From positions 163 to 64,162 of the forward strand of contig JAFSKJ010000097.1 in the NCBI GenBank assembly GCA_017449025.1: a DNA stretch of 64,000 nt, given 5' to 3'. Source of the stretch: Prevotella sp. (GTDB taxonomy: Bacteria; Bacteroidota; Bacteroidia; Bacteroidales; Bacteroidaceae). Under the pieces are notes generated by a model. It made no database searches. It worked only from the letters and a program-made list of their open reading frames with translations, and was not told the origin of the DNA. Positions 8,348 through 19,900 of this stretch are shown here, one piece after another; positions within the stretch are counted from its first letter, which is position 1; each line of letters opens with the position of its first letter. Made by a program: the position numbers and the translations under genes.

Positions 8348-11300
8348 TAGATTTATCTTCACACCCAGCGCGAAGGAGCGCGAGCTGGCCAGCAGGCCGC
8401 GGTCGATGCCCTGGAGCAGGGTGCTGCCGCTGACGCCGCAGTCAGGATCGGTGCCTAAGTATCGAGTCAGGGTAAAGATGTTGTAGGCGCCACCCCACAG
8501 GGTGATGCCCTGCAGGTAAGTGCTTGTGATGGGAATGGTGTAGCTCAGTGTGACATTGCTCAGGCGGAGGTAGCTGCCGTTCTCAATCCAGCGGTCGCTG
8601 AAGCGCGAGTTGCCCATGGGGTCGCCGTAGCTGATGCGCGGGATGTCGGTAGACTGGTTCTCGGCAGTCCAGTGCGACAGCATGGCCGTTGTCTGGTTGT
8701 GGAAGCGCGAGCCGCTCTCGAGCAGTGAACGCTGGTAATTATAGACATCGTTGCCCAAGGAATAGCGCATGGTGGCATTCAGCGACCAGTTCTTCCAGTT
8801 CAGGTGGGTATAGATGTTTCCATAGACATCGGGGTTGGGGTCGCCGATGATGAAACGGTCGTTCTCGTCGATGACACCGTTGTTGTCCTTGTCGACAAAG
8901 CGCATGTCGCCGGCACTGAAATATTCGCGCTGGTCACGGTCGTTAACCTGGTATAATCCGTCGGCCTCGGCCTCGGCCTGGGTGGCATAGACACCTTGAG
9001 TCTTGTAGCCATAGAACACACCGGCGGCGGTGCCCACCTGCGAGAGAATGGTGGCGCCGTAGGCCTCGGTCTCGAATGCCTTGTCATTGTCGGGCAGGGC
9101 GGTTATCTTGTTCACATAGTGACCGGCCGATGCGCCGACCTCCCAGCCAAAGTCCTTCAGGTTGAGTACTTTCACACCCATTCCCACCTCGAAGCCTTCG
9201 TTTTCGAGCTTGCCGTCGTTGCTCCAGTTTTCTGCCAGTCCGCTGGTCCATGCCAGCTGGCGCAGGGTGAGCAGGTTCTTGGTCCAGCCCTTGAAATAGT
9301 TGAAGTGTACATTCAGGCGATTGTTGATGAAGTTACCCTCCAAGCCGGCAGTCAGACGGGCAGTGGTCTCCCACTTGAGCGAGGTGTTGCCGATGTTGCC
9401 TATGGACTTGCCATCGACTTTCTGCGACAGCATGTTGTTGGCCACGAAATAGGTCTTCGAAGCAGTGTAGTCGACATTGTCGTTACCCGTTATGTCGAAG
9501 CCGAGGTTCAGGCGCAGGTAGTCAATGCCTTTGACATCGGCGAGCCACTTCTCGTTGCTCATCACCCACGCGGCATTGACGCTGGGGAAGAGTCCCCATA
9601 CCACTCCGCCGAGCTTCAGCCCGTCGGCATCGTCGCCGAAGCATGAACTGGTCTCTGCCGAGAGGCCGGCCTCCACGTAGTACTTCTCGGCATAGTTGTA
9701 GTCGGCCTGTGCATACCAGGTAAGGTCGCGGGCCTTGTCGTCGGCACCCCATGTGGAGCGGTAGTTGCGGGCATTGCCCGTGCTGGGGTACTTGTCGTTA
9801 CCTGTGTCGAAACCGCGCTGAGCCGTCAGCTTGTATCTGTTGCTCTGGTAGCGGATGCCTCCGAAGACGTCGATTTTGTGGGCATTGTAGCGGTTGCCCC
9901 ATGTCAGACGGGTGTCGCTCATGACGCTATTCTGGCGGGCAGCCATGCTCTGCGCCATGTTCTCCACCTGGATGTCGCTCGATGCCAACAGGCGGAAGGG
10001 CGGTGTTCCCTCGAGGGGCAGGTAGTAGTTCTCATTGGTGTTGACCAGCGTGAAGTTGAAGTGCTCGCTTAGCGAGAGGTGCTGGTTGAACTTAAAGCGC
10101 GGGGTGACGCTGAAGCTGACCATGCGGTTGCCTGCCTGGTTACGGTTCTTGCCGTCGCCTAACTGCAGTATGCCTATGGGGTTGGCCAGGCGCACCGAGT
10201 TGGCGTAGATTTCGCCATCATCCTCGAAGACCTTGCTGACGTAGTTGTCGGCATCGGCCAGATAGTGGCTGGGATTGCCGTTTATGTCGAAGGCGTATGG
10301 AGCCAGGAATGGCGACTTGACGAGTGACAGGAATCCCGGAGCTGTGATGGTGCCTACCGTCAGGTTTTCCTTGGCACCGTCGTCGCGCAGGTCGCGGTTG
10401 ACGTCGCTGTAGGAGGCATCGAATCGCACATCGAGTTTCCGTATGACGTTGATGTCGCTGTTCAGTCGCATGTTGAAACGCGAGAAGTCGTTGCCACGCA
10501 GGGTGGCGTCGCCAAGCGAATATCCCACCGACAGGTTGTAGTTGGCCACGTCGTCACCGCCCTGTACGTTGATGCCGTAGTTGGATACGAAGGTGTTGTG
10601 ATAGACCTCGTCGGTCCAGTCGGTATTATTATGATAGGTATTATAATAATAGTTGGAGGGATCGCTGTTGATGAACTCCAGGTTCTTCACATTGGCAGTA
10701 AGTCCCGAAAGCATCTCAGTGGCATAGAGGCGGTAGTCCTCGGCGCCCATCATCTTGGGCTGGCGCGGCATAAGCTGGTACTGGCCGTTGATGGTCACGT
10801 CGATCTTTGTGGCCATCGACTTGTTGCGCTTGGTCTTGATAAGCAGCACACCGGCGGCAGCCTTGGCGCCGTAGATGGCGGTGCCGTTCTTCATGACAGT
10901 GACGCTCTCGATGTCGTTGACGTTGAGGTTGGCCAGGATGTTGTTGTAATAGCCGTCGTGCAGCATTTCGCGGTTGTACTGCATGTCGGTGATGACACCG
11001 TCGATGACCACCAGCGGCTGGGCGCTGGTTTGCAGGCTGGTGAGACCGCCTATGAACATGGTGCTGCCCATGCCCAACTGTCCGCTACGCGTAACGGAAT
11101 GGATGTCGGCTCCCAACTGCTCGGCCATGAGCGGGTCGATGCTCAGGCGGGCTGTGTTGTCAAAGTCCTGAGCCGTGCGGGTGACGTACGACAGCGTAGT
11201 GGACTGGTAGACAGGACTGAAGGAATTTGGGTAGAGCTGGGCGTCGGCCTTTCCGTCCTTGCTTCCGATGGCTTTCTGCAGCAGCTGATAGCCGTCGACA

Positions 11301-11539
11301 CGCATGCTGACACTGTTTACATACTCGGGCATTTTCATCTGGTAGGTGCCCTTGTCATCGGTCATGGAGGTGTATCGATGGTTGCCGTAGGCTTCGACGA
11401 TGACACCGGCTAACGGTTGCCCCGTGGCGGCATCGACAACTGTTCCGCTGACCATTTTCATATTATCTTGCGCATTCGCCGTGATGGAGCCACAGGCGAA
11501 GCAAATCACGCAGAATATCTTTTGTAGCTTGGTAATCAT
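8345..11539 (-). CDS. susC: SusC/RagA TonB-dependent transporter (cassette A, second)
   Basis: PLVVIDGV, DIESVTVMKNGTAIYGAKAAAGVLLIKTKR, LKWETT, SYLRLSNVTLSY, C-terminal GVKINL; likely ATG at 11539 (MITKL). Confidence 0.95.
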   Translation of the reverse strand: MITKLQKIFCVICFACGSITANAQDNMKMVSGTVVDAATGQPLAGVIVEAYGNHRYTSMTDDKGTYQMKMPEYVNSVSMRVDGYQLLQKAIGSKDGKADAQLYPNSFSPVYQSTTLSYVTRTAQDFDNTARLSIDPLMAEQLGADIHSVTRSGQLGMGSTMFIGGLTSLQTSAQPLVVIDGVITDMQYNREMLHDGYYNNILANLNVNDIESVTVMKNGTAIYGAKAAAGVLLIKTKRNKSMATKIDVTINGQYQLMPRQPKMMGAEDYRLYATEMLSGLTANVKNLEFINSDPSNYYYNTYHNNTDWTDEVYHNTFVSNYGINVQGGDDVANYNLSVGYSLGDATLRGNDFSRFNMRLNSDINVIRKLDVRFDASYSDVNRDLRDDGAKENLTVGTITAPGFLSLVKSPFLAPYAFDINGNPSHYLADADNYVSKVFEDDGEIYANSVRLANPIGILQLGDGKNRNQAGNRMVSFSVTPRFKFNQHLSLSEHFNFTLVNTNENYYLPLEGTPPFRLLASSDIQVENMAQSMAARQNSVMSDTRLTWGNRYNAHKIDVFGGIRYQSNRYKLTAQRGFDTGNDKYPSTGNARNYRSTWGADDKARDLTWYAQADYNYAEKYYVEAGLSAETSSCFGDDADGLKLGGVVWGLFPSVNAAWVMSNEKWLADVKGIDYLRLNLGFDITGNDNVDYTASKTYFVANNMLSQKVDGKSIGNIGNTSLKWETTARLTAGLEGNFINNRLNVHFNYFKGWTKNLLTLRQLAWTSGLAENWSNDGKLENEGFEVGMGVKVLNLKDFGWEVGASAGHYVNKITALPDNDKAFETEAYGATILSQVGTAAGVFYGYKTQGVYATQAEAEADGLYQVNDRDQREYFSAGDMRFVDKDNNGVIDENDRFIIGDPNPDVYGNIYTHLNWKNWSLNATMRYSLGNDVYNYQRSLLESGSRFHNQTTAMLSHWTAENQSTDIPRISYGDPMGNSRFSDRWIENGSYLRLSNVTLSYTIPITSTYLQGITLWGGAYNIFTLTRYLGTDPDCGVSGSTLLQGIDRGLLASSRSFALGVKINL

Positions 11540-11566
11540 AATTATAAAATTTTTAATTATCAATTA

Positions 11567-13174
11567 TCAATTCTTCCTCGGTCGCAGGTAGATGCAGTCG
11601 AGAAGCATCTCGCGGGAGTACTTCAAACTTTCACGTGCCAGGATGGAGCACTTCAGCTTCACCGAGAACTTCATGTTTGTCTCGCCGTAGTTGCACACCG
11701 GGAATATGAAGTTCTCGGCAAGCATCACGGTGTCGACCCTCGTGGGGTCAGTGCTGAACTTGGTTTTGTTACAGTCGAAGACAACCTCCTTTCCTTTCTC
11801 ATCAACATAGTTGATTTCTGCCTGGAACATACAAGGCTTCAGCTGTGCGTATGGGTCGTAGACCGTCTGCGGCAGTATTACGGCACAGATGTCGTAAGCG
11901 CCTGCCAGAGTGTTCTCCAGCTTGAACGTCATCGTCCAGTTGCTGGTGTTCGTCTTGGGCGTGATGACCAGATATTCGTTCTCCGACACGCTGTCTGCAG
12001 CATGAATGCGCGTTGTATAGGTACAGGCATTGTCGTCGATAATCAGGCCGGTACGCTCGCCCTCAGTCCTCAGTTCACGATGATAGGTTGTGAGCGGTGT
12101 GAAAGGCCACTGTGAAGTGGTATAGAGTGTGCCGTTGCTGTACGTTGTCGGCGTGGCGTCATAAAGTATGCCACCCTCGTCGAAAGGACGGTGGAACACA
12201 TGGTACTTAGGATAGCGGCGGTTGTAGGCATAGGTGACGAGCGAGTCGGTGGGAGACGACTGGATGGTGCGGCTGAAAATGGCATCGCCAAGCAGAGCCT
12301 GATTGGCCCAGAGGCGCTGCAGCGAGTCGCCGTTCTCGACCGAGGCGTCAAAGCGGAAATAGTCCATGGCCTCCTGCCAGACCCGCTGCCACTCTGAGGC
12401 AGTGGGTGCGACAAAGATATAGGAAGAGTCTTCGGCGGCCAGCTCGCCCACACGCTCCAGCAGTAGGTTGCGCTCAATGAAGACTGAGTCGGCATAGACC
12501 TGCTCGCCATCAACCATTCCGCCCTCTACCGACTCAGTAGGGCTGAACTCCTCCTGCTCGTAGCTGGCCAGCTGCTCTCCAATCAGGCTGTAGCGCGAAT
12601 CGTTGAGCATAATCTCATAAAGGTTATAGCGATAGGGCAGCGTACTCTGAAGAACGTGCATTACACCGCCCTTCGCCCTGACGTTGGCCTCCTTGATGGG
12701 AACGTCGAGCACCTTGTTGTTGCCTATGGTAGTACGCTTGGTGTTCAGCAGGAAGAACTCAGTGGGTGTCTCCACGCTGGAAGTGGGGTGATAGGACAGG
12801 TGGTTGCCCACGAATGACCGCTCCACCATAGAGTCGCCCCTGTTGGTAGCCACCAGGCTGAGCACAGAGTCCTTGTTGAAAGAGCCGTTGACGGGTGCCA
12901 GCACGGTGAACGTCTGTACACCGTCGAGCAAGTCGGCATAGCTCACGTCGGTCTTCTTGTGGTGCTTGAAGACCTTGGTCTGGCTGAGCACCTCGCGGAA
13001 GTCGCTCAGCTCAGCACGCTGCTGCATAGCCTGCCAAAGAGTGGGCTCGCTGTCTGACAGGGAAAGCGGGTCTTCATAGTGGTCAGCCCATTCGGAGCAG
13101 GCGGTAAGGGCTGCGGCAGCGCCGCAGCACAGCCAACAGGCAGCGAGGGTATGTTTTATGCTTTTGGTAATCAT
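11567..13174 (-). CDS. Fasciclin (FAS1) domain lipoprotein, putative surface glycan-binding protein
   Basis: Lipobox LTACSE; FTVLAPVNGSF and AKGGVMHVL FAS1 motifs; paralog of 46710..48545; likely ATG at 13174. Confidence 0.8.
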   Translation of the reverse strand: MITKSIKHTLAACWLCCGAAAALTACSEWADHYEDPLSLSDSEPTLWQAMQQRAELSDFREVLSQTKVFKHHKKTDVSYADLLDGVQTFTVLAPVNGSFNKDSVLSLVATNRGDSMVERSFVGNHLSYHPTSSVETPTEFFLLNTKRTTIGNNKVLDVPIKEANVRAKGGVMHVLQSTLPYRYNLYEIMLNDSRYSLIGEQLASYEQEEFSPTESVEGGMVDGEQVYADSVFIERNLLLERVGELAAEDSSYIFVAPTASEWQRVWQEAMDYFRFDASVENGDSLQRLWANQALLGDAIFSRTIQSSPTDSLVTYAYNRRYPKYHVFHRPFDEGGILYDATPTTYSNGTLYTTSQWPFTPLTTYHRELRTEGERTGLIIDDNACTYTTRIHAADSVSENEYLVITPKTNTSNWTMTFKLENTLAGAYDICAVILPQTVYDPYAQLKPCMFQAEINYVDEKGKEVVFDCNKTKFSTDPTRVDTVMLAENFIFPVCNYGETNMKFSVKLKCSILARESLKYSREMLLDCIYLRPRKN

Positions 13175-13215
13175 AACTATTATCTTCAATTATCAATTAT
13201 CAGTTGTCAATTATC

Positions 13216-15195
13216 TTAGTGACGGTCTTCGCCGTCGGGGCTGTCGTAGACATCCTTGGGGCAAAGTTCTATGTAGTCAATGGACATATAGAGCGTGCTG
13301 CCTTCAAGAATCTGACGGAAGCGCAGCCAATAGTCCTGGTCGGCACGCATATATTGCTTCACCAAGATGCGACGCACGTCATTGCCATAGGTGCGGAAAG
13401 GCTCCGAAGTGCTGCCATAGCTGTCCATTGCCTTCATGAAGCCGCGGTTGCGCATGGCCTTGTCGATGGCCTTGTTCTCCTCCTCGTCGTCGGTGTCGGC
13501 TTCCCATCCTACGTTGGCATCGAAGTTACGGAAGCTGATGGGAATGCCGCAAGGCTCGTTGTTCAGATATACCTGCGCAATGCCTCGGTCGTCGCCGAGC
13601 GAATAGCCCAGGCGCACCTCGTAGGTGCCGTCGTGTGGCACGGGCGGCAGCTTGACGGAGGCGTCGAACTTCTCGCCTGTGATACAGACACCGCTGCCCT
13701 GATAGTGGCGCCAGCCGGTCTGCTCGTTGCCGCAGCCGATGAAAGTCTTGGCATTGTGCATCTTGAAGTCGGCGAGGAAGCCGTTCTTGAAGCCAATCAT
13801 CATCTCCTCCTTACCCATGTGCTCCATGCGGGCATGGCCGTTCATGAAGTCTGGACTGAGGCAGCTGCCGTCAATACGGATGCGGCGGTTGAGCACCTCC
13901 TCGCGTACTTTCTTCGAGTAGACCAGAATGTCGTCGATGTAGATGTAACGGCCGTTCTTGCACGACTGGGTGTAACTGTCGCCCTCGTCGTTCTTCAGTA
14001 CTCGTACGCCACGCACCGAGGCGTTGCTCTTCAAGCCCACGCGATTGATGTAAATCTCCTCACCGGGATTACTGCAGAAGCGGACAAGCGTGTGGGGTGC
14101 CATCGTCTCGTAGTAGTCCTCAGGGTCGTAGATGTTGAAGAGGCATTTCTGTGTATAGATGTCACCACGGCAGTGTACCCAGTAGTCGCGGGGGCCAGTG
14201 CGGTTGATGAGGTGATAGCTCACGAAGCGGTTCAGGGGATTATGGCGGTTCTTGAAGTCCTCGTCATACTTGCCGGCGTCATCGGGATACGACTCGTCGT
14301 AAACTTGCTTGGCGTATGCCTTCAAATCGTCAATGTTGTTGATGCCATGAACCTTAAATATGGAGTCGGTCTCGACGAACGCCGTGAACTTGAAGAATCG
14401 TTTTTCAGGATACCACGTCTTGCACTGCTTGGAAGCCGTTCCGTCGTTGGCTGTTCCGTATGGCACCTTGAAGCCTTTTCCGCCCCACGCCGAGTCGGGG
14501 TCGACGGTATAGGTGTCGTCATTGTACTTGGTCAGCGAGTCGGCGATGCCAGTGAGCTTGAGTGCCTGACAGAAGAGGGAGAGGTTGGGATTCTCCTCCA
14601 TCAGTGCGGGCAGGAACTGGTTGCTGGCCTGGATGACATGGTCGATGACGTGTACTACGCCGTTGGTCACAGAGTCGTCCTTCTGGATGATTCGGGAAAT
14701 CTTGTTCACATAAATCAACAGGGCGTTGTTGTTGTATACATCACTGTCGGAAGTCATCTCAATGTAGTCGTCGTTCATGTTGACGGGAGGCACCTCACCG
14801 CCCATGTCGGTTGTGAAGTAGGCCTTGTCCTGCACGATATGAGTGCGCGAAATGGTGTCGCACTGCTCGCGGGGCAGGGCGTCGAGCGACGCATAGCCGT
14901 TCTCCTTGAGGAACTTCTGAATGGCCTCGTTAGTGGGGGCGAAGACGGTGTAGTGTCCGTAGGTCTGCAAGATGGAGAGGTAGTTGCTGCGCTCCAAAAT
15001 GGTCTTGAAGTCGCTGAACTGTGCTTCATTGGCTTCGATGAAACCGGCAGCCGTGAGGCGCACCGAAGAGTAGAAGTTCAGCGGGGCGTCGCTGTCGTCG
15101 TCGCTACAGGAGGTAAAGGCAGCAGCGGTAAGGGCTGCGGCAAAGCCACAGCACAGCCAACAGGTGGATATCTTGTTAATAAACTTGTTAATCAT
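13216..15195 (-). CDS. Tandem FAS1 domain lipoprotein with a C-terminal beta-sandwich (DUF5108-like)
   Basis: Lipobox FTSCSD; YTVFAPTNEAI, NGVVHVIDHV; paralog of 44587..46677; likely ATG at 15195. Confidence 0.85.
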   Translation of the reverse strand: MINKFINKISTCWLCCGFAAALTAAAFTSCSDDDSDAPLNFYSSVRLTAAGFIEANEAQFSDFKTILERSNYLSILQTYGHYTVFAPTNEAIQKFLKENGYASLDALPREQCDTISRTHIVQDKAYFTTDMGGEVPPVNMNDDYIEMTSDSDVYNNNALLIYVNKISRIIQKDDSVTNGVVHVIDHVIQASNQFLPALMEENPNLSLFCQALKLTGIADSLTKYNDDTYTVDPDSAWGGKGFKVPYGTANDGTASKQCKTWYPEKRFFKFTAFVETDSIFKVHGINNIDDLKAYAKQVYDESYPDDAGKYDEDFKNRHNPLNRFVSYHLINRTGPRDYWVHCRGDIYTQKCLFNIYDPEDYYETMAPHTLVRFCSNPGEEIYINRVGLKSNASVRGVRVLKNDEGDSYTQSCKNGRYIYIDDILVYSKKVREEVLNRRIRIDGSCLSPDFMNGHARMEHMGKEEMMIGFKNGFLADFKMHNAKTFIGCGNEQTGWRHYQGSGVCITGEKFDASVKLPPVPHDGTYEVRLGYSLGDDRGIAQVYLNNEPCGIPISFRNFDANVGWEADTDDEEENKAIDKAMRNRGFMKAMDSYGSTSEPFRTYGNDVRRILVKQYMRADQDYWLRFRQILEGSTLYMSIDYIELCPKDVYDSPDGEDRH

Positions 15196-15221
15196 AATCT
15201 TCAATCTTCAATTTTCAATCT

Positions 15222-16928
15222 TCAATTCTTCTCCAGATCAGCATCATCGCCTGTGTTGTAGGCAGGATTCTGCTTCAGATAGGGGTTCACCTTCAGCTCG
15301 TTTCGGTAGTATGGCAGATAGAGCGCGTTGGGGTCTGCCAGGCGAATCTGGATTCCGCTCACGTTGGTTACCTGCTTCTTGGTGACGGTAGTGGCGAGCT
15401 GCCTGGTGCTGCCCGTGCGGCGTGCCTGACGCAGCAGGTCGTACCAGCGCTTGCCCTCGAACATCAGCTCACGGTGGCGCTCATCCATGACAAGCTGCTC
15501 CATGTCCTCCTTGGAGTCCTTGTAGTCGTTGAACTTCAGGACTTCTCCCGAGCCGGGCGAGAACGAGTTGACGGCGCGCTTGCTTACGGCATTGATCAGC
15601 GAGAAGGCACTCTCGAAGTTGTCGCTGCCCAGTTCGATGAGGGCCTCGGCCTTCATCAGCAAGACCTCGGTCAGGCGGTAGACAATCCAGTGTGCATAAT
15701 CGTTGGAACGCCAGGAGTATTCAGGACTCCAGTTGCTCTTCGTGTTGTCAATGGTGACCCTGTTGGCAGCATACTTGGCAATATAGTACTGCGTGGTTCC
15801 CACCTGATAGATGGACTCGTAGGCGCGGCAGTCGTTCACATTGAAGAGTTCGGTGCTCTTGTTGGGCAGGTCGCCGTAGAACTCGTCGAAGGGAGCCAGC
15901 CGTCCCGACGACATGGTGTTGCCGCTGGTGTTGAGATAATAGGTTCGTACGTAGCCGTTCTTGTTGTCCTTGTTGAGCGTCTCGTTGAACGTGAGTTCGA
16001 AAAGGCTCTCGAACGAGTTGCCCTCGCCGAAGATTTCATTATAGGCATTGCCCGAGGTGTTCTCGGTCTTTTCCATAATGAGGGGGATGTCGTTGAAGAG
16101 GTACACATCGTTTTGCAGACGGCGCTTCAGGCTCTCGTATTCCTTCTGCTTGAAGTCGATGACAAAGTCGCAGCACTCGATGCACTTCTGCCAGTTTCCC
16201 TGCCAGAGGTAGAGGTCGGCCAGCAGGGCATAGATTGCCGGGCGTGTGACGCGGGCCGTATTGTCGCGCTCGGCGCTTTCCTTCTGCTTGTCGGGATTGG
16301 GCTTGCGGAAGTAGAGCTGTGCATCGTCCTTCACGGCTTCCAGGTCTTCAATCAGATTGGTGAGTATGGTGTCGAACGAGGTGGCCGGCAACTGATATTC
16401 CTGCTTATCGGTGATGCTGGGCTCACGGGTGAAGGGAACATCACGGAAGGCACGGATGAGGTGGAAGTAGCACAGGGAACGGATGAACGTGGCCTCGGCA
16501 ATGTTGGCCTTCATCTCTGTAAGCGCATAGTTAGGGTCGAGGTCCTGAACCTCCGGGGCATAGTGTATTACGATGTTGCACCGGTTGATGGTCTGGTAGA
16601 ACGATGCCCAGTTGCAGAAGGGGTTGCTTGGCAGAAGGTCTTCCTTCACCAGCTGCTCCAGGTCCTGCGACGAGGAGACGCCGATGATCATGTTGTCGGA
16701 ACGGGCCTCGCCCCAGAGTCCCATGCGGGTGATGCAGTCCTCTGCATAAAGGCTTTCATAGCAGCCCATAAGCACACTGGTCACGTCGCTCTTCTTTGTC
16801 CAGTAGTTTTCGAGCACCACGTCGTTCAGCGGCTTCAGGTCGAGGAAGTCGGAGCAGGCGGTGAAGGCTGCAGCAGTGCCGCAGCACAGCAAACACGCGG
16901 TGATTTGATGTCTTATCTTGGTAATCAT
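15222..16928 (-). CDS. susD: SusD/RagB family lipoprotein (cassette A, first pair)
   Basis: Lipobox FTACSD; WASFYQTINRCN, YRLTEVLLMKAEA, ERHRELMFEGKRWYDLLR, LKQNPAY. Confidence 0.95.
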   Translation of the reverse strand: MITKIRHQITACLLCCGTAAAFTACSDFLDLKPLNDVVLENYWTKKSDVTSVLMGCYESLYAEDCITRMGLWGEARSDNMIIGVSSSQDLEQLVKEDLLPSNPFCNWASFYQTINRCNIVIHYAPEVQDLDPNYALTEMKANIAEATFIRSLCYFHLIRAFRDVPFTREPSITDKQEYQLPATSFDTILTNLIEDLEAVKDDAQLYFRKPNPDKQKESAERDNTARVTRPAIYALLADLYLWQGNWQKCIECCDFVIDFKQKEYESLKRRLQNDVYLFNDIPLIMEKTENTSGNAYNEIFGEGNSFESLFELTFNETLNKDNKNGYVRTYYLNTSGNTMSSGRLAPFDEFYGDLPNKSTELFNVNDCRAYESIYQVGTTQYYIAKYAANRVTIDNTKSNWSPEYSWRSNDYAHWIVYRLTEVLLMKAEALIELGSDNFESAFSLINAVSKRAVNSFSPGSGEVLKFNDYKDSKEDMEQLVMDERHRELMFEGKRWYDLLRQARRTGSTRQLATTVTKKQVTNVSGIQIRLADPNALYLPYYRNELKVNPYLKQNPAYNTGDDADLEKN

Positions 16929-16942
16929 AATATTTTCCTTAT

Positions 16943-19900
16943 TTAGAACGAAACAGTAACGCCAGCGGTAAACGACTTGGCACGCGGTGTCTGGGCATTG
17001 TCGGTAACAATGCCATAGCCTCCGTAGCCCACTTCTGGATCGGCTCCAGAGTACTTGGTGAGCACAAAGAGGTTGTTGGCCGATACATAGAGGCTCAGCT
17101 GGCTCAAGCCTACCTTCTTGAGCGACTTGGGCGAAAGGGCATAGCTCAGCTGCGAATAGTTCAGACGGATGAACGAGCCGTCCTCGACAAAGCGGTCGCT
17201 GCCCAACCAGTTGTAGCCGTAATTGTAGAGTGCGCGGGGAATGGGGGATACGTCACCCTCGACGCGCCAGCGCCACAGCACGGCGCGGCTCTGGTTGTTG
17301 TTCGAGTACATGTTCTCGGCGTTCATGCGAGCCTTGTTGATAATCTTGTTGCCATAGCGGAAGTTGAACTGGTTGTTCCACGTCAGGCGTCCCCAGTGGA
17401 GCTTGAAGCCGAAACCTCCGGTGAACTTCGGCAGCGACGAGCCGAGATACACAATGTCGAGCTCGTTGATCTGGCCGTCGGCATTCACGTCTTCGTAGAT
17501 GGCATCACCACCGTGGAACTCCTTGTCCTCGTCGTCCGTGCCAGTGTAGCAGAACACCATGGGCTTTGTGCGGCCATAGTTGTCGAGGATGACGTTGCCG
17601 TTCTCGTCGCGGGCAACAGGTGCGTTGGGACCACTTACGCCAGGCACTTCTTCTTCAGAGTACTTGCTGTACTGGTAGACACCCTTATAGCGGAAGCCGT
17701 AGATGCCGCCTAACGGGCGGTTCAGCTCTACACGCGACAGGTAGCTGCCGTTCTTGCGGTCGAAGTCGCTGTTCAGCGAGGCCAGCACGGTCTCGTCCAT
17801 CTCGGTGAGCTTGTTGCGGTTGTTGGCGAAGGTGATGTTGAAGTCAACCCCGAACTTACCTTTCTTAATAATATTATTACCGTTCAGGTTGAATTCCCAA
17901 CCCACATTCTCCATGGAGCCCACGTTCTGGTAGGCCAGCGATGAGAAACCGGAGCTGGAGGGAAGTGAGCGGTTGCCCATGAGCAGGTCGGTGGTCTTCT
18001 GTCTGTAGACTTCTACATTACCGTTGATGCGGTCGTCCCAGAATCCGAAATCGATACCCAGGTTGAAGGTTTCCTTCTGTTCCCACTTCAGGTTTTTCAG
18101 CTGCACGTTGCTCTGGTACACCGAGCCGTTGTCCATATAACCCTTGCCGCCAGTGTACTTGCTGTAGAAGAGCCCTTCGCTTCCAGGCTGTGCACCTACG
18201 ATACCCCAGCCCGGACGTATGGCCAGCATGCTGACGAACGGCAGGCCTTTCTTGAACCACGGCTCATCGCTGATGATGTACTTTCCCGAGAGGGCGGGGA
18301 AGTTACCCCAGCGCTGGTCGGGGCCGAACTTGGTGCTACCGTCACGGCGGACAGAGAAGTCGAGGATGTAACGTCCTTTGAAGGCGTAGTGGGCAGAGTA
18401 GGTCAGATAGATACTGCGCCACTGGCCGGGCGAGGAGCCGAAGCTGGAAATGATGCCCGGAGCGCTGGCCGAGATAATCGTGCCAGTGGGCAGTCCGTAC
18501 TCGCTGGTGTTCTGGCTTGTACTGTTACCGTCGGTAAGCTGTCCGCGCAACATCATCATCAGCGAGTGGTCTAGGTTGCGGAAATGCGGCACGAAGGTCA
18601 GCGTGTGGGTGGTGGTTATGCCTAAGCTCTTGTAGGCATTGTTGGTGGCAAGGTTGGCGTCGCTGCTGCTCCAGCCGCCGGTGCTCAGCGAGAGCGGGCG
18701 GAACATGTCGTTGTAGCGGTTGAAGATGTTGAACACAATCTTGCCTTCATAGGTCAGTCGCGACTTCTCTTCCTCAAAAGACAACAGCTCGTAGTTCAGT
18801 TTGAACTCAGGCTCGATGTTGTAGCTCGTCTCCTCGTTCTTGGCCAGGTCGGCCAGTGCCACGGGGTTGTAGTCCTTGAGCTGGTTGTCGCGGAACACCT
18901 CGTTCACCGTGGGTAACATATTATAATAGGTGCCCAGGCTGTTGCCGTCCTTGTCCTGTTCGTAGATAGCCAGGTTCGGCATGCGGCGATAGGCCACGGA
19001 GAGCAGGTCGGCATAGTTCTTCTTATTGTCGGTGTAGGTCAGTGCCACGTTCGTCTGTATCTTGATGCGGTTGCTGACAAAATAGTCGAGAGCCACGCGG
19101 GTGGTGAAGCGGTCCAGCTTCTGCTTGATGATGGAACCCGTCTCATGGTCGTAACCTGCGGCAATGCGGAAGTTGGCCTTCTCGCCGCCACCGCTCAGAG
19201 CCAAGTAATGGTTCTGGCGCCATCCAGTCTTCTTCACGGCATCCACCCAGTCGGTGTTCTCGTTGTACATCTGGTATTCCGAGAACTCACCGCCCGACCG
19301 GTAGTTGATTTCGTCAATATTGTCGCTGGCTCCGGCCTGCAGATGGGGGTTGAAGTACTCCTCCTTCAGCATCATGGTGTACTCGTCACCGTTCAGCAGC
19401 TTCATGCCCTCGGGCTGGTAGGTGCCGGTAAGGCGCAGGCTGTAGGTCACCTTCGTCTTGCCTCGGGCGCCGCGCTTGGTCTTGATTTCTATTACACCGT
19501 TGGCACCCTGCGAACCCCAGATGGCCGTAGCGGCGGCATCCTTCAGCACGGCGATGCTCTCAATATCCTCGGGGTTGACGTTGAGCAGCTCGGCAAACTT
19601 CTCGTCGTTTGCTGATGAGAAGTCGAAGTTGTCGGTGTTGCCCGTCTCCCAGACGTTTCCGTCGACAACGATGAGCGGCTCACTGCTTCCGTTGATACTC
19701 GACACACCGCGCAGTCGCATCGAAGTGCCCGAACCCAGGTTACCTGAGTTGGCCACGATGTCAAGGCCGGCGATACGACCCTGAAGGGCTTCATCTACCG
19801 TAGTGATGGCCAGTCCCTCGAACTCCTTCATGTCGATGCTCTGCCGGGCCGTGGATATTTCCTTCTGCGGAATGGCAAGTCCGCTGCCCTGGGCACGCTT

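Noticed and set aside
13204-16946. Long antisense ORFs (685 aa, 490 aa), and similar ones at 34046-35824, 56941-58602 and 60660-62267
   Set aside because: Shadow frames exactly opposite well-supported genes; explained by C/G-ending codon bias; V/L/G/H-rich with no motifs
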